A DNA stretch of 64,000 bases from Lama guanicoe (Eukaryota): positions 280,678 through 344,677 of the forward strand of contig MU055530.1 in NCBI GenBank assembly GCA_013239625.1, written 5' to 3'. Below, piece after piece: positions 36,458 through 50,051 of this stretch; position 1 is the stretch's first letter, and each line of letters opens with the position of its first letter. A program made the translations under genes and the position numbers. Below the pieces are notes generated by a model, which saw only the letters and a program-made list of their open reading frames with translations, did no database searches and was not told the origin of the DNA.

Positions 36458-39400
36458 AGCTGGGCCATCAGCCCAATTTCCTCTTCCCAGGAATATTTCA
36501 GGGTATGTCTCAGACTCTAGTGTGAAAATTAGTGTCTTCTAAGATGATTTGGTTGAACTGGGTAGGGTCTTAGGAGGGGTTCTGCAAGAATGTGTGGTTT
36601 TGTTTTGGTGATTAGCTGTTCTGAAGGAAGACCTTTTGAGCATAGCGCAAGACCTGGTGGGGCTGGCTTGGAGTTGAAGTGGAATGTTTAGCAGAAGGGC
36701 CATTGGGGATTGTAAACTCAGGACAAGGAGTGCAAGTGACACTTGTGTGAGAGAACCAGGCTACGAGGCTTGAGGACTGCCATCACCCCCACAGAAAGCT
36801 TGGGCAGTGTATCTTTGGGTCAAGGCTGCTTTTCTGTGGTCTGTCTCCATGGGGCAATGCGTGTCTACTTACAAATCTCAGCCTCTTCTGTACTTCCACT
36901 GATGACCAATCCCCCTTTTGATTTGGGTATGTGTAAATATAGAGGTAGATGTTTAAATAATGTAATCTGGTTCTAGCCAGGTTTACCAGCCTGGGCACCT
37001 TTCTGTTTTCCTTAGGTGATCTTGCATCTTTCTGCGTGGATCTGATATGTGTTTGATTTTTAAGTCGAGTACTCAGCAGGAGACGTGCTTATTATCACCT
37101 TTTTGTCCTCCTTCCTGTCCTCCCTGTCTCTTTTATGGAAGAGACTTGAGAAGGGATCTAGTCCTCTCCTGATTGCAGCCAGACCCTCCTAATGTCCCAC
37201 TCTGACCCCTGGTGAATGACTATGGTGTTCCCTTTGCAAGGAACTGACAGCCTCTGCTGAGAAATTCTTGTGATGAGAGTGCCCACCACCCTTGGAGAAC
37301 ACACAGGATGTTGCAGGAAAGTTCTCATGGCTAAAGGTTTTTCTTAAGTGTTACTGAAAAGATGACTGTCATCTTTCCTAAGCAAATACCTAAATGCCTA
37401 AGAAGTGATTCTGACGTGGCTGGAAAGCAGCTGAAGTTGGGAGCCTGGATTGTCCTAGAAGAATAGGTAGCTCTAGATTCCCTGTTTTAAATTCTGCTTA
37501 GCACCAGGTTGTCTGTCTTGAAATATCTTAAGGGAGACACTTGAAGTCTCTCTTATCTTGAAGTGGGGTGATGGGAGATAAGATTCGGGGCCCTTTTGTA
37601 CTAGAGAATGTCTCAGTGCCCTGGCTTAAATGGAAGAGCCCAAGCCACTTACAGCTGTTGGGAATGTGGGCTTGCTAAAAAGCCTCTAGAAGAGATGAAG
37701 TAGGAATGGGCTGAGGGTTAGAAAGGGAGCTGGGCAAGAGATCAGGTCTGAGCAGAGGAAGGAGAGGAGCGTGTTCAGGAATTTTTGCAGATGGATAATT
37801 GTGTGCTTCCCTTTCTCTTTACCATTTACTCAGTGTTTGTCTGTTTTGCTGAACAGCAGCCAAAAGACTCTAAACTCTCTTGTCTGCCATCTGAATAATT
37901 TAGTTGGGTTGTCTGTTCCCTTCCCTGATGATTCCCTAAAGAATCTCTCCTGATTTCAGAGGGGGCCAGGGAGAAGGGACACTTCTCAGAAATCACGTCA
38001 GATCTTTTCTGTTTTTTCCTGACTTGTTTCCCTAAGCCTGGGACCCCTCTTTGATCACCCCCCAATCCCGACAATATTCGATTCTGCTACTTTATTTTCC
38101 ATTTCTAGATGGATGTTTCTTTTCTTTTTTTTCTTTCTAATTAAGAGATTACCTTGCCATTTGGGCTACTGGCAAGTATTTCCCAGAAGATCCAAGGCAA
38201 AGCTGCCAACTTACTGGAGCGTGGCACAGCTGCTGAGGCCGCCCATCTCACAGGCTCTGCAGGGATGTGGGGCTGCCACTTCAACAAGTGTCAGATACAC
38301 GCATTTCGCACGTGTAGCCTTAAATTAATATCCCGGAAGGATCTGCCCTGCTTCCCATCTCCGACTCCCTTTTCCATCTTTTAAACATGCGTCTTTTAAA
38401 CATGATTTTCCGACTTTCCAGTCACCACCTACCTACACCGCTATTTTATGCCCTCTCTTCTCTCTCTCTCTGTCTCCAATAAAAGAACCAGAGCATCCTT
38501 CACTATTATAATAGAGCAGATAGTATGTCCCCTTGACCATGACCAGTTGGCAAGACTGCCCAGCCCGGCAGAGAGCCTGGTTGGTTCCTCTGTGTAGGTT
38601 TGGGAACCCCTCTTTGATTAAGGAGAGGCCCTCCGCATATTGAACTGATTTTTAGTGCTGGCTATGCCCCTTTTTAATTTTGAGACCTTTTCTCAAAGGG
38701 CACTGCGGTTTCTGCTTGCCTGTTGGAAGTTCTGTGTCTGTGGAAAAGTTCCCTATAACCTTTCAAGGTTTGTACTCTGTTCCAAAGGGGCTGTTGGAAA
38801 TGAAATTGGTCTTTTTTTCTTAAATGATCTCACAGATGATCAAAAGGAGCACATAAAAAACTGTGCTGTGGGGTTGGCAAGGTTGCCAGTGTTCTCTTTA
38901 CCTTTGGTCTGGACTCATAGGTCTGAGACAGTGTCTCGCCAACAGTCCTTGGCTGTCCTTGGAGATTGGGGCTGGAGAGACACGGAGGGGAGGCAGGAGG
39001 GGGATATTAATGCTTTGAGTGAGTCTGACTTCTTTTTTATCCTAGGAGAGGTATTTGAAATCAGGTTGAAACATTCAGTCCTGAAAAAGTGAGCTTGTGG
39101 GAACTGGAGTTTGATGTCCAGCATTATCTTGGAGGGTTTGGCCAGTGGCTCGCTTGGGTGTGATTGATGCTAAGAGGCTCGTCTGCATTGAAATCGCTCA
39201 TGCCTAGTAGCAGAGGGAGTGCCAGCGATGGGGTTCTCTGAATACAGGCTGCCATGTAGTAGTTCTGGGATCTTTGTAGAATTTGCTTCCTCTCTTGTTG
39301 AAAAGAGGTGGAGGTAGTGACTAGACGGTTCTCTGAGGATTAACTGAGTACTTAGTGTAGTGCCTGGCATGCCATGGGTGTTCAATAAATGGAAGCTGCC

Positions 39401-39489
39401 AGTAAGAATAACAGTATTGATAATTATTAATAATAATGCCAATATTACTATTTTTCTTACCAGCATGAAGGTGGTGTCCCATCTTTACC

Positions 39490-39675
39490 GTCCCATAAAT
39501 ACCTTGTAACCATAGCACTTATCACCCTGTCCTTTAATTGCCAGTGTGCTTGCTGTTTCTCTCTGAGGCCGTATACCTAGGTCCTTGAAACCGCTGTCAT
39601 GTTTACATTGCATCCCAGCTTCTCCAGCACAGTCCCTGGCACAGAGGATAGGCTCAGTGTGTACAGATGAACAAA
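39490..39675 (+). mobile_element. L2 3' end
   Basis: catagcacttatcaccctg..cattgcatcccagcttctccagcacagtccctggcacagaggataggctcagtg. Confidence 0.7.
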
Positions 39676-42600
39676 CTTTTATAATTGACTTCTAAATATG
39701 CTCCCAGACTTCACATTCCTCTGCTCTGCAGTGTGTATCCCGTGCTTCGTGAAGGCTGGGTGTCTCTCTGAACTCCTTTCCTACTTCCCCAGTAGGACCA
39801 TGTCAGTTACCATTTCCTTTATCCATGCCGGCCCCCATTTATCTTCTCTGTTGCCATTCTGCACCCTTTTCTCTCTTCCTGTGTTCCTTCTCTTCTGTGA
39901 TGCATTCCCACTCCAGCCCGTATTCCTCCCATTCACACAGTCTTCTTTCATTCACGGCCCCTAAACCGTCATTGTTCCAGGATTGAATTTTTGTGTGATA
40001 GTTTTATCTTTCCAACTAGATTGTCAGCTTCTTGAGAGCAACCATATACTACATACATATTGTGTCCACTATAGGTCATAGACCAGGGCCAGGTAAGTAA
40101 TTGGTTCTAGATAAAAAGGAAGCCGTTATCAGAATTACCAAATGAATTAAGCTGTTGGACTAAAGGGGTAAATGAGATAAGAATGTCTTTGCTGATGGAA
40201 CAGTCTTTGGAGTTGGTTGTGTGAATGTGGGGGTTGAGGACAATTCCAGCGCCTACCGGCGATTTGGATTTCCTCTACTCTTGTCTTCCCAATTCCCATT
40301 CTTGCATTTTCCAATCAGTTCTTTTCCTGAGTGGGACTTTGGTGTGTCCTCTTAAGGGTTCTAAACTGTGCTATTTAGACCAGTTGTCATGAAACAAAGC
40401 CAGGCTCTCACTTGGCGGAGTTCTTGTTCAGGAAGTTGTAGAACTGAAGTGCTGAAAGGACCTGAGTCATCTCGTAGGCTTATGATCCGGCTGTCTTCCT
40501 CGGGTGCTAGAGCTTCACGGTCTTCCCTCCTGATTATTTTATTTTTACGCTGTTGGAAGCATTCACACTTCCTTAAAGGTGCAAAGGAAAATGGAGTGAA
40601 ATGAAAACCTGTCTGCTGTCTCTAGGGAGGAAGGTAACATGTTCGGTGGTGGTAACCGAAATGGGAATGAGTAACAGTAGCATCGAGGTTTACCATTTAC
40701 TTAGTGGGTTTTATTTACCCATGCTGTGTTCTTTGTGTTTTGTTTGTTTTGTTTTCATTAAGTTGGTTGGTACCAAGCTGTTTCAGCATGAAACTACGAT
40801 TGCTTGATTCATTCAACATGTTTTGAGGCCAGAAGTCCAGGGGAGAACTCTGCATGTGGGAGTTTCAGGAGATGCAGTGTGCAGCTCATAGTAGGTGCCT
40901 TGTTAGTGTTTGGGAATGGGTGAATGCTGATGGGAGACACGCCCTGCAGGGATGTGCAGCCTGGTCTGGGACTGCAGTGAAGCAGCAGTGTGAGGGCTGG
41001 GGTGAGTGGGGGTGGAGGCACTGGTCACCGAGAGCGAGCAAGGCCTTGGGAAAAAGGAACAGGAAGGAGGTGCTGGAGGAGTGTCCCATCCACATGAACT
41101 TTCACATGGACAGTGGAAGGCAACCTCTGATAGAAATGGATGTGCTTTGAAGAGATGCATTATGGTATTCTCTTACAGTAGATGAATATTGAAATAATTA
41201 TGGATTTTACTAACTAGCAAAGGGGTTATTTGAAGGGAGCAGACTGCCTGGCATTTAGCAGACGGTCAGTAAACATTTATTGAGTGAATGAGTTCAGGGC
41301 AGAGCAGGGCTGGCAGCCCTAGGGTTTTTGTTCCTCTTTTTCGTTTTCACACGCAACCCTCTGCTGGTTCAGGCAGGAGCTTTTCATTTTCCGTCTGTAA
41401 CTAGATGAGAAATTGTGAAGAGTGATTAAAATAATTTATTGGTAGTCCTCTTTTTGCTCATTCCATCGTGAGTAAGTAAGGCCAGGTACTGTGTGGACAT
41501 TTACTGGCAAGTCCATAAAACACGTGTTTTTGAGGGCAGAGTCCACGTCTTTGAGTAATAATTAACTGCTGATGGCATTGTCTTTGGTGCTATGTGGTAA
41601 ATAATCAGGAAATACTCAGTTTTTCTTCAATGAGAGTCTCCAGGCCAGTGCAAAGACCACACGCAGGCAAACCTGAAAGGTGGTGTTTTGCCTAAACACT
41701 AGTGGAAACAAAAGGAAAAAATCGTGCTGGTTTTGTGTTGCCATGTTTAATTGCACGAAAGTGTCGGCTTCCCGTGAACTTCCTCGTGCCTGGAAGGCAC
41801 GCTGATGGTGGTGAGGAGCACAGAGCAGAGGCTCTCGGCAGCCTGGGTGTCCTGGTTGCTGGATTTTCAGCTGTAGCTGAATCTCCCTTGGGAGTTTTTA
41901 GGTCTGGGTTTCTTTGAAATGGATTGAGCCTTGTCTGTCCTTAAAGTAAGCCTCTGAGAACCAAGTAGAAGCACTGAGTAGTAAAGGCCTTTTAGTTGGA
42001 AGCCTGCAGAGAAGGAGCTTGGGAACAGACTTCAGAAGTCAGGCAGTTTCGGGCTCCTCTTCCCCAGCCCTCCTTAGGCTCAGGAGAGAGGAGATTCCTT
42101 GTTCAGGGTCATTCAGGGCGAGGCTTCGAGACTGGATCGTCTGTGTTCCCCTCCCTGGGCCCCTTCCACCAGGTACCAGGTCTCCAGAAAGTCACTGTTC
42201 TGAGTGAGGAAGCAGAGATGCCTGGCCTGAGGGTGCATCGCAGGATGGCAGGACTGAGAGCACCTAACCTGGGTCCCTCTCCTGCCTTGGGGTCACACTG
42301 TCCTCAGGTTGACTTGTGTTCTCAGGGCTCTGATGGGGAGAGCTTCACAGCACCTGCAGTGCGAGGACGAGGGAGAGGAGAAGGGGGGGGAAGAGGAGGG
42401 GGAGGAGGAGGGTGCCTTGCCCCACCAGTCTCACCCTGAGTGCGCCCTGAGGAAAGATGGATTGCCTGCACCCCTTCCCCACTGCCTGAGGGTGCTGCCT
42501 GCTCTGGTGCTGACCTGGAAGGCATTCTAAGAAGATGGGGGTGAGCAGAGGGATGTAGGAGAGAGTGGGCTGCCTTGATGCTCTTTTAAGGGCTTAGGGA

Positions 42601-43575
42601 GGGAGCTGGGGAGAGAATGACATTTTAATTACAGACTGACTTGTCAGGCCTATAATCTTCCTGATGGTCCTCCTTATTTTCTAGTCTTCAGAGTCATCTG
42701 CATATGAATCGGAGGTGCTGAGGCTTAAAATTTCTGATTTTTGTAATTTCCTGTCAGTTTAACCTTTTGTGATTTTGCCCTGGGAGTAAACAGAGGGCAG
42801 TAGCCAGCTCGTTTTTTTTTGTTTGTTTGTTTGTTTGTTTCTTTTTTTGGCTCTCTCATTGGCATGAGAATTGGATTTGGTCATTTCCAGATCTGTTTTT
42901 TAGAAACTTGAAGCAAAAGTCAACTCAAAAAGAAGCCTGAAGGTGCTGCAAGGCTCTGGGTGGTTCTTGCTGACCTGGCTGGGAAGGAGGACCTGGGGGC
43001 CACTTGCATGTCTCCCGGAGGCTTTGGAAGCAGGGACATCAGCCTGATGTTTGTTGGTATGTGTATGCAGCGAGTCTCCAAATGATTCTGTTGTCTCAGA
43101 TTCACATTTAATCCATTCATTCTTACATTGATTTATTAATTGGCCTACTGTTTATTGAGAGCTTTCCCTGTGTCATGCTCTTTGTTAGCCCTGGAGATAA
43201 AATGGCAAACCAGACATACTCAGACCTTCGTGTGTAGAGGCTGGAAGAAGGAAACTGGACCAACGCTCTCACCCACTGGCTCCCATTTAGATGTGGCCTC
43301 TGAGGCCTGAGAGGAAGGATGCTTGCCCACAGTTTCAGGGCTGGGAGCCTTGTTTTCCTGGTGAAATAGTAAGCAGTGGGAGGGCAGGATCAGGTTTTGT
43401 TCTTCTGCATAATACCCTGCAAGTAATAATTACTCTGCAGATACGGGTTGATTGGTTGATTAAATACGGCAAAGACATCCCTTAGGACTTCTCCCAATTG
43501 GCCTGCTTCCACAGAATTTCGGGTAAGTTCCTGTCCCCTGCCTTACTGGGTGGTAATTTACTGGTTCCCCCCACA

Positions 43576-43621
43576 TCTCAACACAAATGCAGCTTTAGTC
43601 TCAACACAGATGCAGCTTTAG
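43576..43621 (+). repeat. 23-bp tandem duplication
   Basis: TCTCAACACAAATGCAGCTTTAG followed by TCTCAACACAGATGCAGCTTTAG (1 mismatch). Confidence 0.92.
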
Positions 43622-44094
43622 GTTACATTTGACTGTCAGATCTCTTTGAATCTGGTTCTAGAATTATGTGTTCAGAACTTAAGGCAGGAGAAGACCAGAT
43701 GGAGATTTTACTCTCCTAATAGGGGAGTCTTGCCAAGACACCCTGTAAAGGGTGGGAGAAGAGAACAGGACCGTTCATCGATTTTCTGCTGTGCTGCTCT
43801 GTGCTGGTTGCTTCCTCACACTGCACTTGTTTTATTTAATCCTTTAAACCTTTGTAAGGATCAATAGGTGGTGTGATCCCGGTGTTGCCAAGGCTAAACA
43901 GCAGATAACTGATGAGCTGGCTGAAGCCGGTGTCACTGTGCCTTCTGCCATTTTCCCCAGCCCCTCTGGGAAGTGTGTAGGTAGGCGCAGTTAGGAGCTT
44001 TGAGTGGTTTCTGTGCTTGCTTTTCCCAAGAAGTATTGGATGATTACGTGCAAAACATTTAATCTTACATTTAATAATTTGTGGTAAACAATAT

Positions 44095-44355
44095 TTTAGT
44101 TGTCTCATAATATTCTATCCTGAAGATATAATGTAATTTTATCTAAAATTTTCTCCAACATGGGCTATAGGCCATTAAGTTTATTTCTTAGCTTGTGCTT
44201 TTACACTAAACGTTGCTATGCATACATCTTTGGATGTGTTTGAGATTATTTGCTTGGGTTAGGTTCCTAGAAATGAATTTGTTAGGTCAAAGTGTATGAG
44301 CAATTTAAACTGCTGATACACATTGCCATAAGGTTTTACAGAAATGTTATAGCAC
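44095..44355 (-). mobile_element. L1ME-type fragment
   Basis: gattatttgcttgggttaggttcctagaaatgaatttgttaggtcaaagtgtatgagcaattt..gatacacattgcc. Confidence 0.7.
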
Positions 44356-44389
44356 TATGCTAGTTTACTCTGTGTTTCACTTGAGACAC

Positions 44390-44535
44390 TTTTGCTCCAG
44401 ATGATCAGAAAACTTTGACTTTACCTGCCTTGAATAAAAAAGGAATGTATTGGCTTATATAACTTGAAAAAAGATGTAAGGCTAGAGTTAAGCTTCAGGT
44501 ATGCCTGGATACAGGGGCTTAAGTTCTGTCTCTTG
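44390..44535 (-). mobile_element. Old MaLR LTR fragment (MLT1J/K/L-type)
   Basis: aataaaaaaggaatgtattggcttatataact..gcttcaggtatgcctggatacaggggctta. Confidence 0.55.
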
Positions 44536-44598
44536 GATTCGGAACTCCCTTCTCCCTCATGATTAAGAGTTACAAGATTGTTGGCTACTAAAGGCAAC

Positions 44599-44637
44599 TG
44601 TTGTTGTTGGTGGTGGTGTGTGTGTGTGTGGGGGGGG
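44599..44637 (+). repeat. Compound (TGT)n(TGG)n(TG)n + G-run microsatellite
   Basis: tgttgttgttggtggtggtgtgtgtgtgtgtgggggggg. Confidence 0.85.
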
Positions 44638-47600
44638 TCTGTCTGTGTACTTGGCTATAGTTGAACCTTGAATGAGGAGTCATGTCTCCGTGACTGGCAC
44701 AGGCTGCCTCAACCTAGGGAAACTTTCAGGGGAACTTCCTTTTATTTCTTTGGTCCCATTTGATCTGGTTTTGCTGACATGAAAATTTTTCCTGTGAAGT
44801 TTTTTATTAGACAAAGGAGGTGGATTATAGAGCCTTAAGGGGCTGTCCCTTGGTCCATCTCTCCATCTCTGTGCTTGCCCATCTGTCTCTTCATTCTTTT
44901 AGATAATGTAGTGGAGTGAGCCTTGTACAGGAGTTAAAGGATGTGAATTCTCATTCAGGTTCCAGCGCTGGTGCCTTTATACAGTGTGCCCTAATGGCAA
45001 TGACCAAAACACAGCTGGGATCAGGGAGCAGGGAGCAGTTGCTCCTCCTGGGGCACCTCTTCCAAAGCATCTGCTTTCCAGCAATTTTTAAAAGGCAAGA
45101 TGTTGTCCACATTATAATAAAGGGAAAGTAGTGTGGAAACCAGACATGGAGCTACCCAGGGAACACGATCAAAGGGTGCTGTCTCTTTTTCCAGCTGATT
45201 TGCAGAGTCCACCCCCAGGGTCACTCACCATGACTTTGGAAGCTAAATTTCACATCTGGTTTCTGAACATTTCCTCATTATTCAAAGAAGGCTAATACCA
45301 GATCTGCCACTCTCAGAGAGTTTGGGAAATGAAATGATGCACGTGGTAGCACTGTGTAAACGTAAGATGATGTGTTAAGGGTTGAGCACCTAGGGCATGA
45401 AAGCAAGTCCCACCTTGCTTCTGAAAGAGGTGATTATATCCCATTCAGTAGGGCCCCAGAGGAATTGGTCTTTTTCCTCTTTGGCAGGAAAAGTTTGGTA
45501 GGATATTCAGGAGCCACTGAATCTCAGCACATAAAGATCTGGACCTCAAAAAGAGCATGCCGTAAGTGCGGATTCAGCTTTTTGTCCGTTGCCACCGCTG
45601 GCCGCCTTCAGCCTGGCTCACGTTACTGCAGCAGTCCCTCCTTGCTGCTCTTCCCCCTGCATCTTCCCCGTGGACTGCTCTTTCTTCAGGTTTAAGTCCC
45701 TCCCATCATGCCGCTTGCCCTGCTTCAGCCCTGCTCTTGGGATGCTGCAGACTCCTTCACGGAGCTGAGAAGGAACGATCTGCCTGCAGCTGATTTCTCC
45801 ACTTTACTTTCCCCCTTCCTTCTCTGCAGCTTTACATTGCGGTTGGACTTCTTTGTTAACACCATGCCCTCTCCTGCCTTTGGACCCTCCCACATACAGT
45901 GCGTTTCTCCTTAACCCCTTAACCCCAAAGCTTTTAGTCATCTTTTGAATTCCCCCTTACGTGTCACTTCCTCTAATTTTTGTCCATCAAAAAAAAAANN
46001 NNNNNNNNNNNNNNNNNNNNNNNNNNNNNNNNNNNNNNNNNNNNNNNNNNNNNNNNNNNNNNNNNNNNNNNNNNNNNNNNNNNNNNNNNNNNNNNNNNNN
46101 NNNNNNNNNNNNNNNNNNNNNNNNNNNNNNNNNNNNNNNNNNNNNNNNNNNNNNNNNNNNNNNNNNNNNNNNNNNNNNNNNNNNNNNNNNNNNNNNNNNN
46201 NNNNNNNNNNNNNNNNNNNNNNNNNNNNNNNNNNNNNNNNNNNNNNNNNNNNNNNNNNNNNNNNNNNNNNNNNNNNNNNNNNNNNNNNNNNNNNNNNNNN
46301 NNNNNNNNNNNNNNNNNNNNNNNNNNNNNNNNNNNNNNNNNNNNNNNNNNNNNNNNNNNNNNNNNNNNNNNNNNNNNNNNNNNNNNNNNNNNNNNNNNNN
46401 NNNNNNNNNNNNNNNNNNNNNNNNNNNNNNNNNNNNNNNNNNNNNNNNNNNNNNNNNNNNNNNNNNNNNNNNNNNNNNNNNNNNNNNNNNNNNNNNNNNN
46501 NNNNNNNNNNNNNNNNNNNNNNNNNNNNNNNNNNNNNNNNNNNNNNNNNNNNNNNNNNNNNNNNNNNNNNNNNNNNNNNNNNNNNNNNNNNNNNNNNNNN
46601 NNNNNNNNNNNNNNNNNNNNNNNNNNNNNNNNNNNNNNNNNNNNNNNNNNNNNNNNNNNNNNNNNNNNNNNNNNNNNNNNNNNNNNNNNNNNNNNNNNNN
46701 NNNNNNNGGGGGGTCTGTCTGTGTACTTGGCTATAGTTGAACCTTGAATGAGGAGTCATGTCTCCGTGACTGGCACAGGCTGCCTCAACCTAGGGAAACT
46801 TTCAGGGGAACTTCCTTTTATTTCTTTGGTCCCATTTGATCTGGTTTTGCTGACATGAAAATTTTTCCTGTGAAGTTTTTTATTAGACAAAGGAGGTGGA
46901 TTATAGAGCCTTAAGGGGCTGTCCCTTGGTCCATCTCTCCATCTCTGTGCTTGCCCATCTGTCTCTTCATTCTTTTAGATAATGTAGTGGAGTGAGCCTT
47001 GTTCAGGAGTTAAAGGATGTGAATTCTCATTCAGGTTCCAGCGCTGGTTCCTTTATACAGTGTGCCCTAATGGCAATGACCAACACACAGCTGGGATCAG
47101 GGAGCAGGGAGCAGTTGCTCCTCCTGGGGCACCTCTTCCAAAGCATCTGCTTTCCAGCAATTTTTAAAAGGCAAGATGTTGTCCACATTATAATAAAGGG
47201 AAAGTAGTGTGGAAACCAGACATGGAGCTACCCAGGGAACACGATCAAAGGGTGCTGTCTCTTTTTCCAGCTGATTTGCAGAGTCCACCCCCAGGGTCAC
47301 TCACCATGACTTTGGAAGCTAAATTTCACATCTGGTTTCTGAACATTTCCTCATTATTCAAAGAAGGCTAATACCAGATCTGCCACTCTCAGAGAGTTTG
47401 GGAAATGAAATGATGCACGTGGTAGCACTGTGTAAACGTAAGATGATGTGTTAAGGGTTGAGCACCTAGGGCATGAAAGCAAGTCCCACCTTGCTTCTGA
47501 AAGAGGTGATTATATCCCATTCAGTAGGGCCCCAGAGGAATTGGTCTTTTTCCTCTTTGGCAGGAAAAGTTTGGTAGGATATTCAGGAGCCACTGAATCT

Positions 47601-48074
47601 CAGCACATAAAGATCTGGACCTCAAAAAGAGCATGCCGTAAGTGCGGATTCAGCTTTTTGTCCGTTGCCACCGCTGGCCGCCTTCAGCCTGGCTCACGTT
47701 ACTGCAGCAGCCCCGCCTTGCTGCTCTTCCCCCTGCATCTTCCCCGTGGACTGCTCTTTCTTCAGGTTTAAGTCCCTCCCATCATGCCGCTTGCCCTGCT
47801 TCAGCCCTGCTCTTGGGATGCTGCAGACTCCTTCACGGAGCTGAGAAGGAACGATCTGCCTGCAGCTGATTTCTCCACTTTACTTTCCCCCTTCCTTCTC
47901 TGCAGCTTTACATTGCGGTTGGACTTCTTTGTTAACACCATGCCCTCTCCTGCCTTTGGACCCTCCCACATACAGTGCGTTTCTCCTTAACCCCTTAACC
48001 CCAAAGCTTTTAGTCATCTTTTGAATTCCCCCTTACGTGTCACTTCCTCTAATTTTTGTCCATCAAAAAAAAAA
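44632..48074 (+). repeat. 1367-bp direct duplication (44632-45998 = 46708-48074) flanking a 709-N gap; probable assembly artefact
   Basis: Constant offset of 2076 with only 5 differences seen. Copy 1 ends at an A10 run and copy 2 starts at a G-run, exactly at the gap edges. Confidence 0.93.
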
Positions 48075-50051
48075 TCGATTGGGAGACCAAATGGCTAGTC
48101 ACTGACTGTGACTTGGAGTTAAAATGGCTTATGTTTGTGCCCTCTGCCTGGGCAAGTGGTAACTTGGTATGGAACACAAGTCCAGGAAAACGTGTGGGAG
48201 TGGTGTGGTCACTCTGAGCACCGTTCACAATAGGAGCTGGGAGGAAGGTGTTTCATTGTCCCTTTCACATCGTCCTATGCACGTCTCACGCGTGCTTTGG
48301 GCATGTTCTGTATTAGTGCTTTTGCCCCAGGGTGTGGTGTCCCAGCTTGTGATCAGTGCAGCAGCCCCCAGCTGTTTAAATGGCTTTCAGAAGGGAGTGG
48401 GATGGAGGAATGTAGATGTCAAGCTTACACATTTAATTCTTACAAAATCATTATGAATCTGAATCACTGTGTTGGTGTTGCTGCAATTATCTGGGGATTC
48501 TCTGGGGCACACATGGGGCTGCGGGTGCTTGTGTGGGGTGGAAATGGGTAGTGATTTGTTACGGGTTGGACTGTGAATTGAGAAGAAGCTGCTAAAATTT
48601 ATCCTGGATTTCGCTGAAGTGGGTAAGAGGATATCCAGGTTCTCTGTACAACCAAACATTCATGAGGCTGAAGGACACGGGCATCAGAACTGTTTTGATA
48701 GCTCATTTAGCACAATTGTATCGCCAGAAATCACAGGGCTAGTCATGTGGCCCTGGAGATGGAACAGAACTGATGCCTAGCTTCTTAATGGGTTAGGATG
48801 TAAAAAGAAACCCTGTGAGCCCTAGACAAGAGGCTGGTTCCTGGTGATTATTTATATATTTATTGAGCAAACATGTATCGATTATTATGTGTTAGTCTTG
48901 CTAGTGCCTGAATACACATTCCCTCCTTTTTTTCCTCACAGTTCTAGGTTCAGTTTGAGTTTTATTTTAGGAGTTTTTAAGAACTACTCTTGAATTTGTT
49001 TTAGAGGCTGTGAATGTTTATCTAACGGGGAGTGGGGTTGCCTTATGCTCCTTGATTGTAAGACAAAGCATTAGAAAGGAGCTCGGCTCTCTTTCTCTAC
49101 CTGCCCTACCAATTTTTTCCCCCTGTGGCATGAAAGTGACTATTAAGTGACTAGGGGCCAAAGAAAGTACAGTTTGTTAATAAGCAAGATGCGTCTTGAA
49201 AATGGAGTTCAAAGTTCTAGAGTTTTCCTTGCCTCCCTTTCTGAAAACCACTCTGATATTGCTACACTCGTGCTTCCATTACTGTTTTTCATCCAGAATG
49301 ACAAAATGTCCTCTCCAGGGAGTATTTTGGTGTCATCACGATTGGATGTTTTTATGAAGGAGGACTTTGGAGGTGTGTGGAAAGGGTGATTGGTGCAGAA
49401 TGATAGGTTTGGGAATTGTAGCTGTCTTGCTGTAGGGCAGCTGGGTTGTAATTGCTAGCTCTGGTGTGGGGGCCACCCTGCAAAGTTCTGCACTCTGTGG
49501 ACGACCTTGCTCTGTGAGCAAGGGCTGCTTCTGAAGGCTGTTGGTGGCTGTTTATTGCTCTTCTTCAGATGTCTCTTGCAAACTATTATAAAGCCTCATT
49601 TCTCGCATACTTTTTAAGAGGACCTTTTCTGACCTGCCTGACTTGTATTCACTCCCCTGAAGTATTAACCAGGAATCTAGGTATCAGAAATCCAAGTTAC
49701 GCACCTGTTTGATCACTTACCTCAGTGGAGCAGTTGTTCCTACTGCTCAGGTGAAGGCCACTCTGTGAGGGACCTGGGATTGTTAGTTTACATTTTGAAA
49801 GGCGAAACAGCGGCATAAAGCCTTTCAGAGAATGTTATATAAGGAACTGGAAAACTCGGAGGAACTGGGGAAGAGGAGCAATGCTGAGCCAAGTGGCTGG
49901 AGTAGGATAAAGGGATCTTTACTTCAGGGAGCTCTGCAAAGGGAAATGGACTGGGGCATGTTAAACCTATTTCCATTAAAAGAAAGTTTCATGTGTTTTC
50001 TGATTCCTAACTTGTAGGGGATTTGACGCCTATGGGTTGTAAGAGGACGGC

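Noticed and set aside
37528-37555. Hairpin TAAGGGAGAC-acttgaa-GTCTCTCTTA
   Set aside because: Single imperfect 10-bp stem, too short for a pre-miRNA.
38375-38404. 15-bp tandem repeat (ca/cg)tcttttaaacatg
   Set aside because: Trivial slippage duplication.
45938-46759. Longest ORFs in the track (255-273 aa)
   Set aside because: They are read-through of the N gap; the same applies to the ORFs at 57111-57851.
44916-47990. Pairs of near-identical ORFs suggesting a duplicated gene cluster
   Set aside because: They result from the gap-flanking duplication; the ORFs have no recognisable homology.
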